Assembly: GCA_005893295.1 (NCBI GenBank)
Contig: VBOY01000031.1
Span: 1,730 to 65,729 of the forward strand
From: Candidatus Eiseniibacteriota bacterium
Lineage (GTDB): Bacteria > Eisenbacteria > RBG-16-71-46
Direction of reading: 5' to 3'
DNA length: 64,000 nt
A model generated the notes under the pieces. That model saw only the letters and a program-made list of their open reading frames with translations, was not told where the DNA came from and searched no databases. Shown piece by piece: positions 30,382 through 44,474 of the stretch. The position numbers and the translations under genes were made by a program. Position 1 is the stretch's first letter. Each line of letters begins with the position of its first letter.

Positions 30382-32615
30382 CACGAAGCCGCAAGGGGGC
30401 TCGCCGCACCCCCGCTGTGCGCAAGGCCGCCCGCCCGGCGGCGGTGCGCGGTGCCACTCCCGATCGCATGGCCATGGGGAAGGACGACCTGCTGTTCGAG
30501 ATTGGTGTCGAAGAGCTGCCGGCCTCCTACGTTGCCCCGGCGCTCGAGCAGATGGAGCACCTCGCCCGCACCGCGCTCGAGGAGCTGCGCCTCTCGTGTG
30601 CGCGGCTCGAAACGCTCGGCACGCCCCGGCGCCTGGCCCTGGTCGTCCGCGGCGTGGCCGTGCGCCAGACCGACATCGAGGAGGAGATCCAGGGGCCGGC
30701 GTCGCGCGTGGCGTTCGACGCCGAGGGTCGGCCCACGCCCGCCCTGCTCGGGTTCTGCCGCGGCAAGGGCGTAGACCCTGCCGCCGTGCGGCGGGTGAAG
30801 ACCCCCAAGGGAGAATACGTGGCCGCCACCATCCGGCACGTGGGTCAGCCGGCCGCCCTGGTGCTGCCGAAGACGCTCGCCTCCGTCGCCACGCGCCTCC
30901 AGTTCCCCAAGTCGATGCGTTGGATCGCGGCGAACGACACCCGTTTCGCCCGCCCGGTGCGCTGGCTGGTCGCCCTGCTCGGAGGGCACACGGTCCCGGT
31001 GCGCGCGTTCGCGCTGGAGGCGGGCCGCTCGACGCGCGGCCATCGCTTTCTCCATCCGCGCAAGGTCGAGCTCTCGACCGCCCGAGACTACGCGCGGGCG
31101 CTCGAGCGCGCGCGGGTCTTGGTCGAGCCGCGGCGGCGCGCACGGCGCCTTAAGGAGCAGCTCGATCACGCGGCTCGCCGCGCCGGAGGGCGCGCCGTGG
31201 CCGACCCGGCGCTGGTCGAGATCAACAATTTCCTGGTCGAGTGGCCGACCGTGTTCGCGGGGCGCTTCGACGCCGGGCACCTGAAGCTTCCGCGCGAGGT
31301 GATCGTGACCGCCCTGCGCGAGCACCAGCGTTTCTTTGCGGTCGAAGATGGCGAGGGGCGCCTCTTGCCAATGTTTCTCGCGGTGCGCAACGGCAGCCTG
31401 GAGGGTATCGACCAGGTGCGCAAGGGCGCCGAGGACGTGCTGGCGGCTCGGCTCGAGGACGCGCGCTTCTACTGGGAGACCGACCTCAAGCATCCTCCGT
31501 GGGACCGGATCGAGCAGCTCGGCGGCGTGGTATGGATGGAAGGCTTGGGCACGCTACGCGACAAGGCCACGCGCCTCGAATCGCTCGCCGGATGGCTGGC
31601 CGAGCGGATCGCCCCCGAGGCGGCCGTGCCGGCGCGACGGGCGGCTTTGCTGTGCAAGACCGATCTGCTCTCGGAGATGATCGGGAGCGGCAAGGAGTAC
31701 GCCAGCCTGGAGGGGGTGATCGGTTCCTACTACGCGCGTGTGGCCGGCGAGCCGGAACCGGTCGCGGCCGCCATCGCGGAGCACTACCGGCCCCGAGGCC
31801 CGGCAGATGCGCTCCCCGTCACCCCCGCGGGCGTCGTGCTGTCGCTGGCCGACAAGCTCGACCACGTGGCTGGCGCGTTCGTGGCCGGCAAGGTGCCGAG
31901 CGGGAGCGAGGATCCTTACGGCGTGCGCCGCGCCGGCAACGGCGTGGTCCGCGTGCTGGTGGAGCAGCAGCGACACCTGGACTTGCGCGAGGCCACCATG
32001 GAGACGACGCAACCGTTCTTCGCCCGTCACCCCGAGCTGCCGCACGCTACGATCGTGAAAAAGCTGGGCGAGTTCTGGCGCGGCCGCGTCGAGGCGGCCC
32101 TCGAGGACCGTGACATTCCCTACGATACGCGGGAGGCGGCGCTCGAGGCCCAGGTGCAGCTGAACGGCGCGCGGCCGCGGCCGGGCTGGATCGACCCGTG
32201 GGATTGCCACGAGCGAGCGGGCGCGCTGGCCGGCTTTCGCGGCGATCGACGCTTCGAGCCGCTGGTGATCCTGTTCAAGCGGGTCGCCAACATCCTCAAG
32301 GCGGCGACCGAGCCCCTGCCGGAAGCACTCGACCGCGCGCGCCTCGCCGAGGACGCGGAGCGGGCGCTGCTCGAGGCCCTCGAGACGGCGCGCCGCCGCA
32401 CCGATCCGCTGTGGCGCCAGCGCGCCTACCGCGAGATCCTACCGGCGCTGCTCGACATGGAGGCTGCGATCCACGGCTTCTTCGATCGCGTGCTCGTGAA
32501 CGCCGAGGACGCGCCAACCAGGCTCAATCGGCTGCGCCTGCTGACCGAAGTGCGCGCGCTGTTCGTGCGCGGCTGGGACCTATCGCGTGTGGTGGTGGAA
32601 GGAGAGCGAGGCTAA
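30378..32615 (+). CDS. glyS: Glycine--tRNA ligase beta subunit
   Basis: [36 protein letters not shown] and NRLRLL motifs; the true start may be ATG near 30468. Confidence 0.95.
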   Translation: MTRSRKGARRTPAVRKAARPAAVRGATPDRMAMGKDDLLFEIGVEELPASYVAPALEQMEHLARTALEELRLSCARLETLGTPRRLALVVRGVAVRQTDIEEEIQGPASRVAFDAEGRPTPALLGFCRGKGVDPAAVRRVKTPKGEYVAATIRHVGQPAALVLPKTLASVATRLQFPKSMRWIAANDTRFARPVRWLVALLGGHTVPVRAFALEAGRSTRGHRFLHPRKVELSTARDYARALERARVLVEPRRRARRLKEQLDHAARRAGGRAVADPALVEINNFLVEWPTVFAGRFDAGHLKLPREVIVTALREHQRFFAVEDGEGRLLPMFLAVRNGSLEGIDQVRKGAEDVLAARLEDARFYWETDLKHPPWDRIEQLGGVVWMEGLGTLRDKATRLESLAGWLAERIAPEAAVPARRAALLCKTDLLSEMIGSGKEYASLEGVIGSYYARVAGEPEPVAAAIAEHYRPRGPADALPVTPAGVVLSLADKLDHVAGAFVAGKVPSGSEDPYGVRRAGNGVVRVLVEQQRHLDLREATMETTQPFFARHPELPHATIVKKLGEFWRGRVEAALEDRDIPYDTREAALEAQVQLNGARPRPGWIDPWDCHERAGALAGFRGDRRFEPLVILFKRVANILKAATEPLPEALDRARLAEDAERALLEALETARRRTDPLWRQRAYREILPALLDMEAAIHGFFDRVLVNAEDAPTRLNRLRLLTEVRALFVRGWDLSRVVVEGERG

Positions 32616-33193
32616 TGTCGGAATCCCAAGCGAGGGAGAGCATGACGCTCAAGGAGAAGGCCGAGATCATCGATGCCGAGGGCCTGCGCAGGATCATCAC
32701 GCGCATCGCCCACGAGATCGTCGAGCGCAACAAGGGCGTGGACGACCTGGTGCTGATCGGAATCCGCCGCCGCGGCGTGCCGCTCGCCGCGCGCATCGGG
32801 CGCAAGATCGCCGAATTCGAAGGCACGGCCCCGGCCGAGGGCAGCCTCGACGTGACGCTCTATCGTGACGATCTATCGACCGTGTCGCCCCAGCCGGTGG
32901 TCGGGCCGTCCACCGACATCCCGGTCGACATCGGCGGCAAGGTGGCGGTGTTGGTGGACGACGTGCTCTACACCGGACGCACCGTGCGGGCGGCGATGGA
33001 CGCCCTGATCGACTTCGGGCGACCGCGCTCGATTCAGCTCGCGGTGGTGGTGGACCGCGGGCACCGCGAGCTCCCGATCCGTGCCGACTATGTCGGCAAG
33101 AACGTGCCGACGTCGAAGAAGGAAGTGATCGGGGTCAAGCTGGTGGAGCTGGATGGGGCGGACGGGGTCGTGATCAAGGAGATCCAGGACTAG
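32615..33193 (+). CDS. pyrR: Pyrimidine operon regulator / uracil phosphoribosyltransferase PyrR
   Basis: [29 protein letters not shown] and [17 protein letters not shown] motifs. Confidence 0.96.
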   Translation: MSESQARESMTLKEKAEIIDAEGLRRIITRIAHEIVERNKGVDDLVLIGIRRRGVPLAARIGRKIAEFEGTAPAEGSLDVTLYRDDLSTVSPQPVVGPSTDIPVDIGGKVAVLVDDVLYTGRTVRAAMDALIDFGRPRSIQLAVVVDRGHRELPIRADYVGKNVPTSKKEVIGVKLVELDGADGVVIKEIQD

Positions 33194-33267
33194 CAATCTG
33201 CTAGGTTTCGACGGAACGCCCGATGAGGCTCTGGGACGCCCAGTCCGTGATTCGAGCCCTCGCTGAC

Positions 33268-33481
33268 CGCCATTTTCGGCGAATGCCGTCAGAATCGGCG
33301 AACACATGGATCTTGAAGTCGTGACAGGCGAAAGCTACGGCCAACGGCGCCACGTTCGCCATTATCGGCGAATCATGTCCATCCTAGCGCCACGGGTGGC
33401 GCCACCATGGCGCGCGATTTCATTGATTTACGGACTCTTACGATGAGTCCGCCTGCCGCTCCTCGTGGCATGCGACATGCT
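33268..33481 (+). promoter_or_regulatory. Two 17-bp near-identical dyad repeats and a sigma54-like -24/-12 site
   Basis: CGCCATTTTCGGCGAAT (33268) and CGCCATTATCGGCGAAT (33357); TGGCATGCGACATGCT (33466), a GG-N10-GC arrangement. Confidence 0.45.
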
Positions 33482-33633
33482 GAGCGTGATGGCCCGAGGC
33501 ATCGGCATTCCATCTCGACGGATGGGGAGGGGGCGTTGGCCGAATTCCGCGACTTGCCGGCTTGGATCGCGACCAGCTCACAGGCCGCGGACCATGGCAC
33601 GTCCGGCGCTTTCGCACGCCGCGAGGGCTGGCA

Positions 33634-34897
33634 ATGAGTCCCGAGCGGCCGCACTCGGGGAACGCTCGCGCGCCGGTCGGTGATCGGCCGCGTCCGGGAG
33701 CGGCCGAGGACCTTGAGCTGGCGCAGCGGCGTCTCGAGGGAGCTTCGGCCCGAATTGGGCAGGAGTCCACGCTGGAGTTGGCTGGCACCGAGATGCTCTC
33801 GATCCTGATGCGCGGGACGTCCTCGTCCCGCGCATCTCTTTTGCTGGCCGACCCGGGAGTTGGCCGGCAAAGTCCTGGCCCCGGGCCGGCTCAGCATCTC
33901 GGACTGGGTGTTTCGCGAGAACCGGGGAGTCGTGCTCAACGGCGAGATCCGCGACGAGCGCTTCCGGGGGAGCGCGGGTCGCGACGCCATCGGCTCGGCC
34001 ATGTCCGTGCCCATCAAGGGACCCGGTGGCCCGATCGGCGTGCTCAACCTGGCACGCGGATCACCCGAGTTCAGCGACACCGAGTTGGCGGCCGTCGAGC
34101 GCCTGGTTGTCCCCGTCGCTCGCACGATCGAGCGGCTCAAGGAGCGGGCCCTGGCACAGCAGGCGCGGCTCGAGCTGTTGGCGGCGGTGGGCCGCACGTC
34201 GCACGACACGGTTCGCACCGAGGTGATCCACGCCGGACAGTTCGAGATGGCCGTGGCGCACGCGCCGAGCGTGGCCGTGTCGGGCGACCTCTGGGAGCAC
34301 ATCACGCATCCGGAGGGGGCCCAGGTCGTCATGCTGGCGGATGTCGCGGGGGAGGGCCCAATCGCGCTGCGTGACGGGGCGTTCGCGCGTGGTCTGCTCA
34401 CGGCGTTGGCCCGCAGCGGGCGCACGCCGGCCAAGGTCGCTTCCTCGATGAGCCGCGAGCTCCACATCCACTTGGACCCGGGTCGCTACGTGGCCGCCTG
34501 GATCGCGCGCACCTCGCCGGGTGGTGGCCTGATCTCCTGCAACGCCGGAATCCCGGCGCCGCTGTGGGTGCCGATCGAGGGAGGAGATCCCAAGTCGCTC
34601 GGCTCGGGCGGCCCGGCGCTGGGAGCAGTGGTGCAGCGCGACTACGAGCAAGAGATGATTCGCATGCTGTCGGGCGACGTGGTGGTCGCGGTGACCGATG
34701 GAACGATGAACGCCGCGGACGCGAGCGGCCAGAGCTTCGGCGCCGAGCGCATCTCCGAGCTGGCGATGGAGGGCCGGCGACAGCCCGCCGAGCGACTGGC
34801 CGACACGATCTGCCAAGCCGCGCTGGCCTTCGCCGGCAGCTTCCGGCCCCCCGACGACCTGGTGGTGATGGTGTTGCGCTACGTGCGAGATCCGTGA
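33634..34897 (+). pseudogene. GAF + PP2C/SpoIIE (RsbU-like) phosphatase, frameshifted near 33860
   Basis: GAF start RASLLLADP is in one frame; SAMSVPI..IGVLNL, VSGDLW, LADVAGEG, CNAG, VTDG and PDDLVV are in another. Confidence 0.75.
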
Positions 34898-34942
34898 GCA
34901 GCCTCGAGCCGCCAACGTCCCTGGCCTGCGGGCGCTCCCGCC

Positions 34943-34971
34943 TTGAAAGGCGCTCTGGCTTCGGATAAAGT
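34943..34971 (+). promoter_or_regulatory. Sigma70-type promoter TTGAAA-N17-TAAAGT of the pyr operon
   Basis: Near-consensus hexamers with 17-bp spacing, just upstream of the PyrR site. Confidence 0.65.
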
Positions 34972-34994
34972 GTGTTGAACTTCTGCCGCAATGA

Positions 34995-35028
34995 TCCTTT
35001 AACGTGGCCCTGCGAGGCCGCGAAGGGA
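34995..35028 (+). promoter_or_regulatory. PyrR-binding RNA stem-loop
   Basis: TCCTTTAA-cgt-GGCCCTGCGAGGCC-gcg-AAGGGA matches the CUUUAA..RGUCCNGNGAGGYY..AAG pattern; it lies upstream of pyrB and pyrR is nearby. Confidence 0.8.
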
Positions 35029-35035
35029 GCGTCCG

Positions 35036-36025
35036 ATGCCGTCAGCCACCGTCGAGACCCTCGCGCGAGGGAGCGCGGGGCTTTTTTTGTACCCGGACCG
35101 CCGCCACCTGCTGGGCCTCGAGGGCATCCCGCGCGACGAGCTGTTGGCCCTGCTCGAGGAAGCGCAGCGCTACCGGGCCATGCTCGACCGGCCTGGCGAA
35201 TCCACGCGCGAGCTCGCCGGGGTCACGGTCTGCAACGCCTTCTTCGAGAACTCCACGCGCACCCGCGTCTCGTTCGAGCTGGCCGAGCAGCGGCTCTCCG
35301 CCACCGCGGTCTCGTTCTCCGCGGCCGATTCGTCGACCGCGAAGGGCGAGACCCTGCTCGACACGCTGCGCGTGATCCAGTCGATGCGCGTCGATCTGGT
35401 CGCGGTGCGTCATGGCTCGTCGGGAGCGGCCTCGTTCCTAGCCCGCCACCTCGAGGCGGGTGTGATCAACGCTGGGGACGGCGCGCACGAGCATCCAACC
35501 CAGGGCCTGCTCGACCTGCTCACCCTGCGGCAGGCGTGGAACGGCCGCTTCGAGGGCCGGCGCATCGCGATCGTCGGCGATGTCGCCCACTCGCGGGTGG
35601 CCCGTTCCGCGTTCCACGGCCTCAGGGCACTCGGCGTGAAGGTGGCGGTGGCCGGGCCGGCCACGCTGATGCCGCGCGGCGTCGAGCGTCTCGGCGTGAG
35701 CGTGGCGGCCTCGCTGGAGGAGGCGATGGAGGGCGCCGACGCCGTGATGGCGCTCCGGCTGCAACGCGAGCGCATGGAGCAAGGCCTGCTCGCCTCCCTC
35801 GGCGAGTATGCCCGTGTCTTTGGCGTGAACGAGCGGCGCGTGCGGCTGATGAAGCCGGACGCGGTGGTGATGCACCCCGGGCCGATGAACCGTGGCATCG
35901 AGATCTCCCCCGCGGTGGCGGACGGCGAGCGCTCGGTGATCCTCGACCAGGTGACCAACGGCGTGGCGGTGCGCTGCGCGGTGCTCCTGCGCTGCGCGGC
36001 CGCGCTGGCGGGGAGGGCGCGGTGA
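35036..36025 (+). CDS. pyrB: Aspartate carbamoyltransferase catalytic subunit
   Basis: FFENSTRTRVSFE, NAGDG.HEHPTQ, GDVAHSRVARS and MHPGPMNRG motifs. Confidence 0.96.
   Translation: MPSATVETLARGSAGLFLYPDRRHLLGLEGIPRDELLALLEEAQRYRAMLDRPGESTRELAGVTVCNAFFENSTRTRVSFELAEQRLSATAVSFSAADSSTAKGETLLDTLRVIQSMRVDLVAVRHGSSGAASFLARHLEAGVINAGDGAHEHPTQGLLDLLTLRQAWNGRFEGRRIAIVGDVAHSRVARSAFHGLRALGVKVAVAGPATLMPRGVERLGVSVAASLEEAMEGADAVMALRLQRERMEQGLLASLGEYARVFGVNERRVRLMKPDAVVMHPGPMNRGIEISPAVADGERSVILDQVTNGVAVRCAVLLRCAAALAGRAR
35058..35088 (+). terminator. Intrinsic terminator (attenuator) at the 5' end of pyrB
   Basis: CCTCGCGC/GCGCGGGG stem followed by C and T7. Confidence 0.75.
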
Positions 36026-37347
36026 GCGAGCGTACCGAGATCCGCGGCGCGCGCCACTGGCGCACCGGAGAGCCGGTGGACGTGACGATCGAGGGGGGCG
36101 TGATCGCCAATGTGCGACCGGCCGGGGCCAAGGCGACCACCTCGGGGGCGATCGTCGAGGCCGCAGAGGCGATCCTCGCCCCGGGCCTGGTGGACATTCA
36201 CGTCCACCTGCGCGAGCCCGGGCAGTCCTCGAGCGAAACGGTCGAGAGCGGCGCGGCGGCGGCGGCGGCCGGCGGCTTCACCGCCGTGGCCTGCATGCCC
36301 AACACCAGCCCGGTGGTCGACAACCCGGGTTGGATCGCCTGGTTGCTCGCGCGCGCCCGCGGCGTACGGTGCCGGGTGCACCCGATCGCCGCGGTCACGG
36401 TGGGGCAGGCGGGTGAGCAGCTCACCGAGTTCGTGAGCCTCGAGGCGGCCGGCGCGGTGGCCCTCTCCGACGATGGCCGCCCGATCCAGTCGGCCGAGAC
36501 GATGCGCCGCGCGCTCGAATACGCGCGCCACACCCGGTTGCCGATCCTCTGTCACGAAGAGGATCTGACGCTGCGCGGGCAGGGCCAGATGAACGAGGGG
36601 GCGACCGCGACCCGGCTGGGGTTACGCGGCATCCCGAACGCGGCCGAGACCGTGATGGTGCGCCGGGACTTAGACCTGGTCGAGCTCACCGGCGGGCGCG
36701 TCCACTTCTGTCACCTCTCGTGCGAGGGGTCGTTCGGGGCGGTGCGCGACGCGAAGCGCCGTGGCCTCGAGGTCACCGCCGAGACCTGCCCGCACTACTG
36801 GACGCTCACCGACGAGGCGTTGATCGACTTCGACACCCACGCGAAGATGAACCCGCCGTTACGCTCCGAGCGCGATCGCGACGCCACGATCGAGGCAATC
36901 GGGGACGGGACCATCGACTGTTTCGCCACCGACCATGCGCCGCACACGCTCGAAGACAAGCGGCAGCCGTTCGATCAGGCGCCGTTCGGGATCGTCGGGT
37001 TGGAGACCGCGTTGGGGCTCACGATCACCCAACTGGTGAAGCCCGGGTGCCTCACGCTCGAGCGAGCCCTCGAGTTGTGGACCGAGGCTCCGCGGCGCGT
37101 GCTCGGGCTGCCCGAGGTGCGCCTCGAGCCCTCGTTCCCCGCGGACCTCGTGCTCCTCGATCCGCACGCCTCATGGACCGTGGATCCGGAACGCTTCCGC
37201 TCGCTCGGGCGCAACACTCCGTTCGGCGGCTGGACCCTCACGGGAAGGGCACTCGCCACCTGGTGCGGTGGGGTGCTGACCCACATGGTCCCGGGTCTCG
37301 GGGCAGAGGGGCGCCATGCCCGGCCCGCCGGGGCGGGAGCGCGATGA
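36022..37347 (+). CDS. pyrC: Dihydroorotase
   Basis: [31 protein letters not shown] and NTPF motifs. Confidence 0.95.
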   Translation: MSERTEIRGARHWRTGEPVDVTIEGGVIANVRPAGAKATTSGAIVEAAEAILAPGLVDIHVHLREPGQSSSETVESGAAAAAAGGFTAVACMPNTSPVVDNPGWIAWLLARARGVRCRVHPIAAVTVGQAGEQLTEFVSLEAAGAVALSDDGRPIQSAETMRRALEYARHTRLPILCHEEDLTLRGQGQMNEGATATRLGLRGIPNAAETVMVRRDLDLVELTGGRVHFCHLSCEGSFGAVRDAKRRGLEVTAETCPHYWTLTDEALIDFDTHAKMNPPLRSERDRDATIEAIGDGTIDCFATDHAPHTLEDKRQPFDQAPFGIVGLETALGLTITQLVKPGCLTLERALELWTEAPRRVLGLPEVRLEPSFPADLVLLDPHASWTVDPERFRSLGRNTPFGGWTLTGRALATWCGGVLTHMVPGLGAEGRHARPAGAGAR

Positions 37348-38472
37348 GGCGACCACCGGCGGTCCTGGCGCTCGAAGACGGCACGGTCTTTCGCGGCGAG
37401 TCGTTCGGCGCCGCCGTGGAGACGACCGGCGAGGTGGTGTTCAACACTGCGATGACGGGCTACCAGGAAGTCTTGAGCGATCCCTCGTACTGCGGGCAGA
37501 TCGTCACCTTCACCTACCCTCTGATCGGCAACTACGGGGTGAACGGCGAGGACTGGGAGAGCGACCGCTTCCGCGCCCAGGCCATGGTGTGCCGCGAGGT
37601 GTGCGATCACCCGAGCAACTGGCGGTCGGCCGGGCGCCTCGAGGATCTGCTGGACGCCCGCGGCGTGCCGGGCATCTGCGGCATCGACACACGCGCGCTG
37701 ACCCGCCACCTGCGCGACCGTGGAGTGATGCGCGGCTGTCTCTCGGCGACCGACCTCGATGCCGCCTCGCTGGTCGAGGGCGCTCGCCGACCTGGTGACC
37801 TGCACCGAGCGCTATTGGTGGACCGCGGCGGGTCCCGCGGAATCCTCCGATCCCAACGACGACGGGCGGCCGTTGGCCGTGGTCTACGATTTCGGCGTCA
37901 AGTACAACATCTTGAGGCGCCTGCGCGCCGCAGGCTTTCGCGTGTGGGTCGCGCCCGCGCGCACCAGCGCGCGCGAGGTGCTGGCGATGGAACCCGATGG
38001 AGTCGTGCTGTCGAACGGCCCCGGCGATCCCGAGCCGCTCGACTTCGCGATCCAAGCAGCGCGCACGGTGGCCGAGTCGGTGCCGACGCTCGGGATCTGC
38101 CTCGGCCATCAGCTGCTCGGGCTGGCCTTCGGGGGGCGCACCGGCAAGCTCAAGTTCGGCCATCGCGGGATCAACCACCCGGTGATCGACCGGCGCAGCG
38201 GTGTCGTCGAGGTGACCTCTCAGAACCACGGCTTCTTCGTGGACATCGGCTCGCTCCCCCAGGGGGAGTTCGAGGTGACGCACGTGAGCGGGAACGACCA
38301 GACGCTCGAGGGCATGGTGCATCGCGGGCTTCCGGTGCTGTCGTGCCAGTACCACCCCGAGGCAAGCCCCGGGCCCCACGACGCGCGTCCCTGGTTCCGG
38401 GCGTTCGCCGAGCGGGTGGCCGAGCGTCGCAAGGCGACGCCGGTGCCGGTGGGCGCGGGGCGCCGCGAATGA
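37344..38472 (+). pseudogene. carA: Carbamoyl-phosphate synthase small subunit, frameshifted by an apparent deletion near 37790
   Basis: LALEDG..GEVVFNT..DTRALTR is in one frame; [25 protein letters not shown] and QYHPE are in another. Confidence 0.88.
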
Positions 38473-38512
38473 GCGCGCGCGTCTCGCGGATCACCGAGGG
38501 AGGGCCCTAGCG

Positions 38513-41739
<3,227 letters not shown>

Positions 41740-41743
<4 letters not shown>

Positions 41744-43569
41744 AGGAGCCGAGTTCGATGATCCGCAGAGCGGCGAGAGGTCGATGGTCCTTCGTCGGCG
41801 CTCACGCGCGGCCGGCCCTTCTGCTCGCGCTGCTCGCGCTGCTCGCGCTGCTCGCGGGCTCGTGCGCCTACTACAACACCTACTACATGGCGCGCAAGTA
41901 CTACGACAGGGCCACCCAAGGCGAGCCCTACGCGACGGAGGACATCTCCTCGACCGACCTGGTGAACTACAACAAGGCGGCGGACTACTCCAAGAAGGTG
42001 ATCGCCAACTACCCCAAAGACAAGTGGGCGGACGACGCTTACCTGTTGTGGGCACGCGCCCTGATCGGCAAGGAAGACCCCGAGCAAACCATCAAGATGC
42101 TGCGCGATTTCGACACCCGCTATCCCAAGAGCCCGTTGCGCGACGAGGCGGTGTTCTATCTCGGTCTGGGCGCCAAGCGGGCGCACAAGTACGAGGATGC
42201 CCTGGTCGCCCTGGACGAATTCCTGAAGCGCGCGCCCAAGCACCGGCTGGCCCCGTACGCGCTGCTCGAGCGCACCGACGCGCTCATGTCGCTCCGGCGT
42301 CCCGGCGAGGCGGTGGCGACCGCGACCCAGATGCTCGAGCGCTTCCCCAGGAGCAAGCTGCGTGGACGTGGGTTGGCCGCACGCGCCGAAGCGCTGCTCG
42401 CCGACGGCAAGCACGAGCAGGCACGGGCCGACTACCACGCGTTGGGGCAGCGCTCACGCACCGACGACGAGCGGTTCGAGTTCCTGCTCAAGGAGGCGGA
42501 TTGTCTCGAGAAAGGACGCAGCTACGCGGCCGAGATGGGTTTGCTCAGAGACGCCATGTCCCACGAGCTGGAGCCGGCGGCAGCCGACACCGGCCGCGCC
42601 GCTTCCAACTGGGTGCCGCAGCCTACCAACGAACGATACGCGCAACTGCTGCTCAGGATCGGCAGCGTGCACGCGCTCGAAGGTCGTCAGGCGGATGCGC
42701 TCGCCGCCTACCGACGCGTGCTCGCGAGCTTCCCGCATCTGCCGCTGGGGGCCGAGGCTCAATTTCGTATCGCGTACGTCTACGAGACACTCGCCGACGA
42801 TTTCGAGAAAGCGCGCACCGAGTACGGCAAGGTCCGCGATCAGTCCTCGGCGTCGCCGTTCGCGGTGCAGGCGAGCCAACGACTCGTGAACCTGGATCGC
42901 CTGACGCAGTACCGCGGGGCCGGCGTCGACTCGGTCGGCAAGAAGGTGGAAACGGGCTTGTTGCTCGCCGAGTTGTACTTGTTCCAGCTCGACAAGCCGG
43001 AGCGCGCGCTCGAGGAGTACCGCAAGATCGCCGCCAGCTACCCCGGCACGCCGCACGCCGCCAAGGCCATGAACGCTGAGGCGTGGGTGCTGCGGAACAA
43101 GCTCAAGAACTCGACCGCCGCGGATTCGCTGCTGTGGGCGGTGGTGCGCGGGTATCCGGGCACTGAACCCCAGGTCCAGGCGCGGGACTACCTCGAGTTC
43201 GCCGGCCAGGTGGTGCCGGCCGAGCTGATCAAGCTTCCCGAGTCGATGCTGGCCCGCGCGGACAGCGCCTCGCTCTCCGCCCCGCTCGTAAGCCCCGATC
43301 GGCCGGGGGGCGCGTTCGCGACCGGCGCCGATACCGTCCTGCGCCCGGATTTCTCGCGCCTGCGCGGCGTACCGCTCCAGGCGCGCCTGGGGTGGAACCC
43401 CCCGCCCAGGTTGCTGGTTCCGCCGCGCACCCCGCCGCTCGACGATCCGCCGCGCCCCGAAATCTCCCCGCGCGCGACCGCAGGCGGTGTGCCCGACAGC
43501 ACGGTGAGGCGGGCACCCTTGGCCGCGCCGCGGCCCGCCCCGCGCGACACGGTCCGGGGCCACCCGTGA
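41740..43569 (+). CDS. TPR-repeat lipoprotein (BamD/YfiO-like repeats) with Pro-rich tail
   Basis: Signal peptide with lipobox LAGSC followed by AYYNTYY; repeated YP.S/FP.S TPR turns. Confidence 0.75.
41821..41856 (+). repeat. Tandem 9-bp repeat (CTGCTCGCG)x4 in a signal peptide
   Basis: Four exact copies encoding LLA. Confidence 0.9.
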
Positions 43570-44474
43570 GCGCGCTGGCGCTGCAGGAAAACGCAGCGCG
43601 CGCCCTGGCGTGGCGCCAGGTGACGGCCCGCGTCGCCCGGCACCAGGACTATGGCGCGGGTCACCGCTGGCTCGACCTGGTGCTGCCTGCGGTCGCTCCC
43701 CGCCCGCTCGCGGGACAGTTCGTCCAGCTGCTGCTCGAAGCGCCGTCCCCGGTGCTGCTGCCGCGCCCGATGAGCGTGGCCGCCGCCGCGACGCGCGGGG
43801 ACCGACTCGTGCTGGGCTTCCTGTACGCGCCGGTGGGTTCCGGGACGCGAACCCTGGCGGCGCTCGAGCCCGGCGATCACGTCGAGGTGCTGAGCCCGCT
43901 CGGGCGTGGCTACCCACTCGAGATCAAGGGAACGCCGGTGCTGGTGGCGGGAGGACGCGGCGTGGCGCCGCTGTTGTTCGCGGCGGACGCGCTCGCGCGC
44001 TCCGGGCGGCGTTGCGAATTCTTCTTTGGCGCCCGCGATCGCGGGCGCTTGGTGGGGCTCGAGGAGGCGCGACGCCGACTCGACCGCATGGGGAGTCGGC
44101 TCCACTTGGCGACCGACGACGGCAGCCGAGGATTCCATGGCACGGTGATGGACCTGCTCGACCGCGTCGCGTTGCGCCTGCCCCAGCCGCTCGTGATCCA
44201 CGCCTGCGGGCCGCACTCGATGCTCAAGGCGGTGGCGCGGTGGGGCACGGGGCACGGTGTGCCGGCGTACGTCGCGATGGAGTCGATCATGGCCTGCGGC
44301 ACCGGCGTGTGCCGGGGCTGCCCGCTGCCGCGCAGCAGCCAGGCCCGCGCCGCCTATGGTCGGTCGGGCGACGGCGTGCCGCCGTCGCTGCTCGGCAATC
44401 GTGACTACGCGATGTGCTGCACCGAAGGCCCGGTGTTCGCGGCCGAGGATCTGGACTGGGAGCGCGTGGAATGA
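43566..44474 (+). CDS. pyrK: Dihydroorotate dehydrogenase electron transfer subunit
   Basis: GQFV, PRPMS, AGGRGVAPL, ACGP and MACGTGVCRGC..CTEGPVF motifs. Confidence 0.9.
   Translation: MSALALQENAARALAWRQVTARVARHQDYGAGHRWLDLVLPAVAPRPLAGQFVQLLLEAPSPVLLPRPMSVAAAATRGDRLVLGFLYAPVGSGTRTLAALEPGDHVEVLSPLGRGYPLEIKGTPVLVAGGRGVAPLLFAADALARSGRRCEFFFGARDRGRLVGLEEARRRLDRMGSRLHLATDDGSRGFHGTVMDLLDRVALRLPQPLVIHACGPHSMLKAVARWGTGHGVPAYVAMESIMACGTGVCRGCPLPRSSQARAAYGRSGDGVPPSLLGNRDYAMCCTEGPVFAAEDLDWERVE

Noticed and set aside
33318..33375. GTCGTGACAGGCGAAA resembles the 5' part of a ZTP (pfl) riboswitch
   Set aside because: The complementary GGGGAGCRCGAC-type strand and the downstream CGCCTGGG pseudoknot partner are absent.
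33407..33637. 76-aa ORF upstream of the GAF-PP2C gene
   Set aside because: No recognisable motif, and it overlaps the putative regulatory region.
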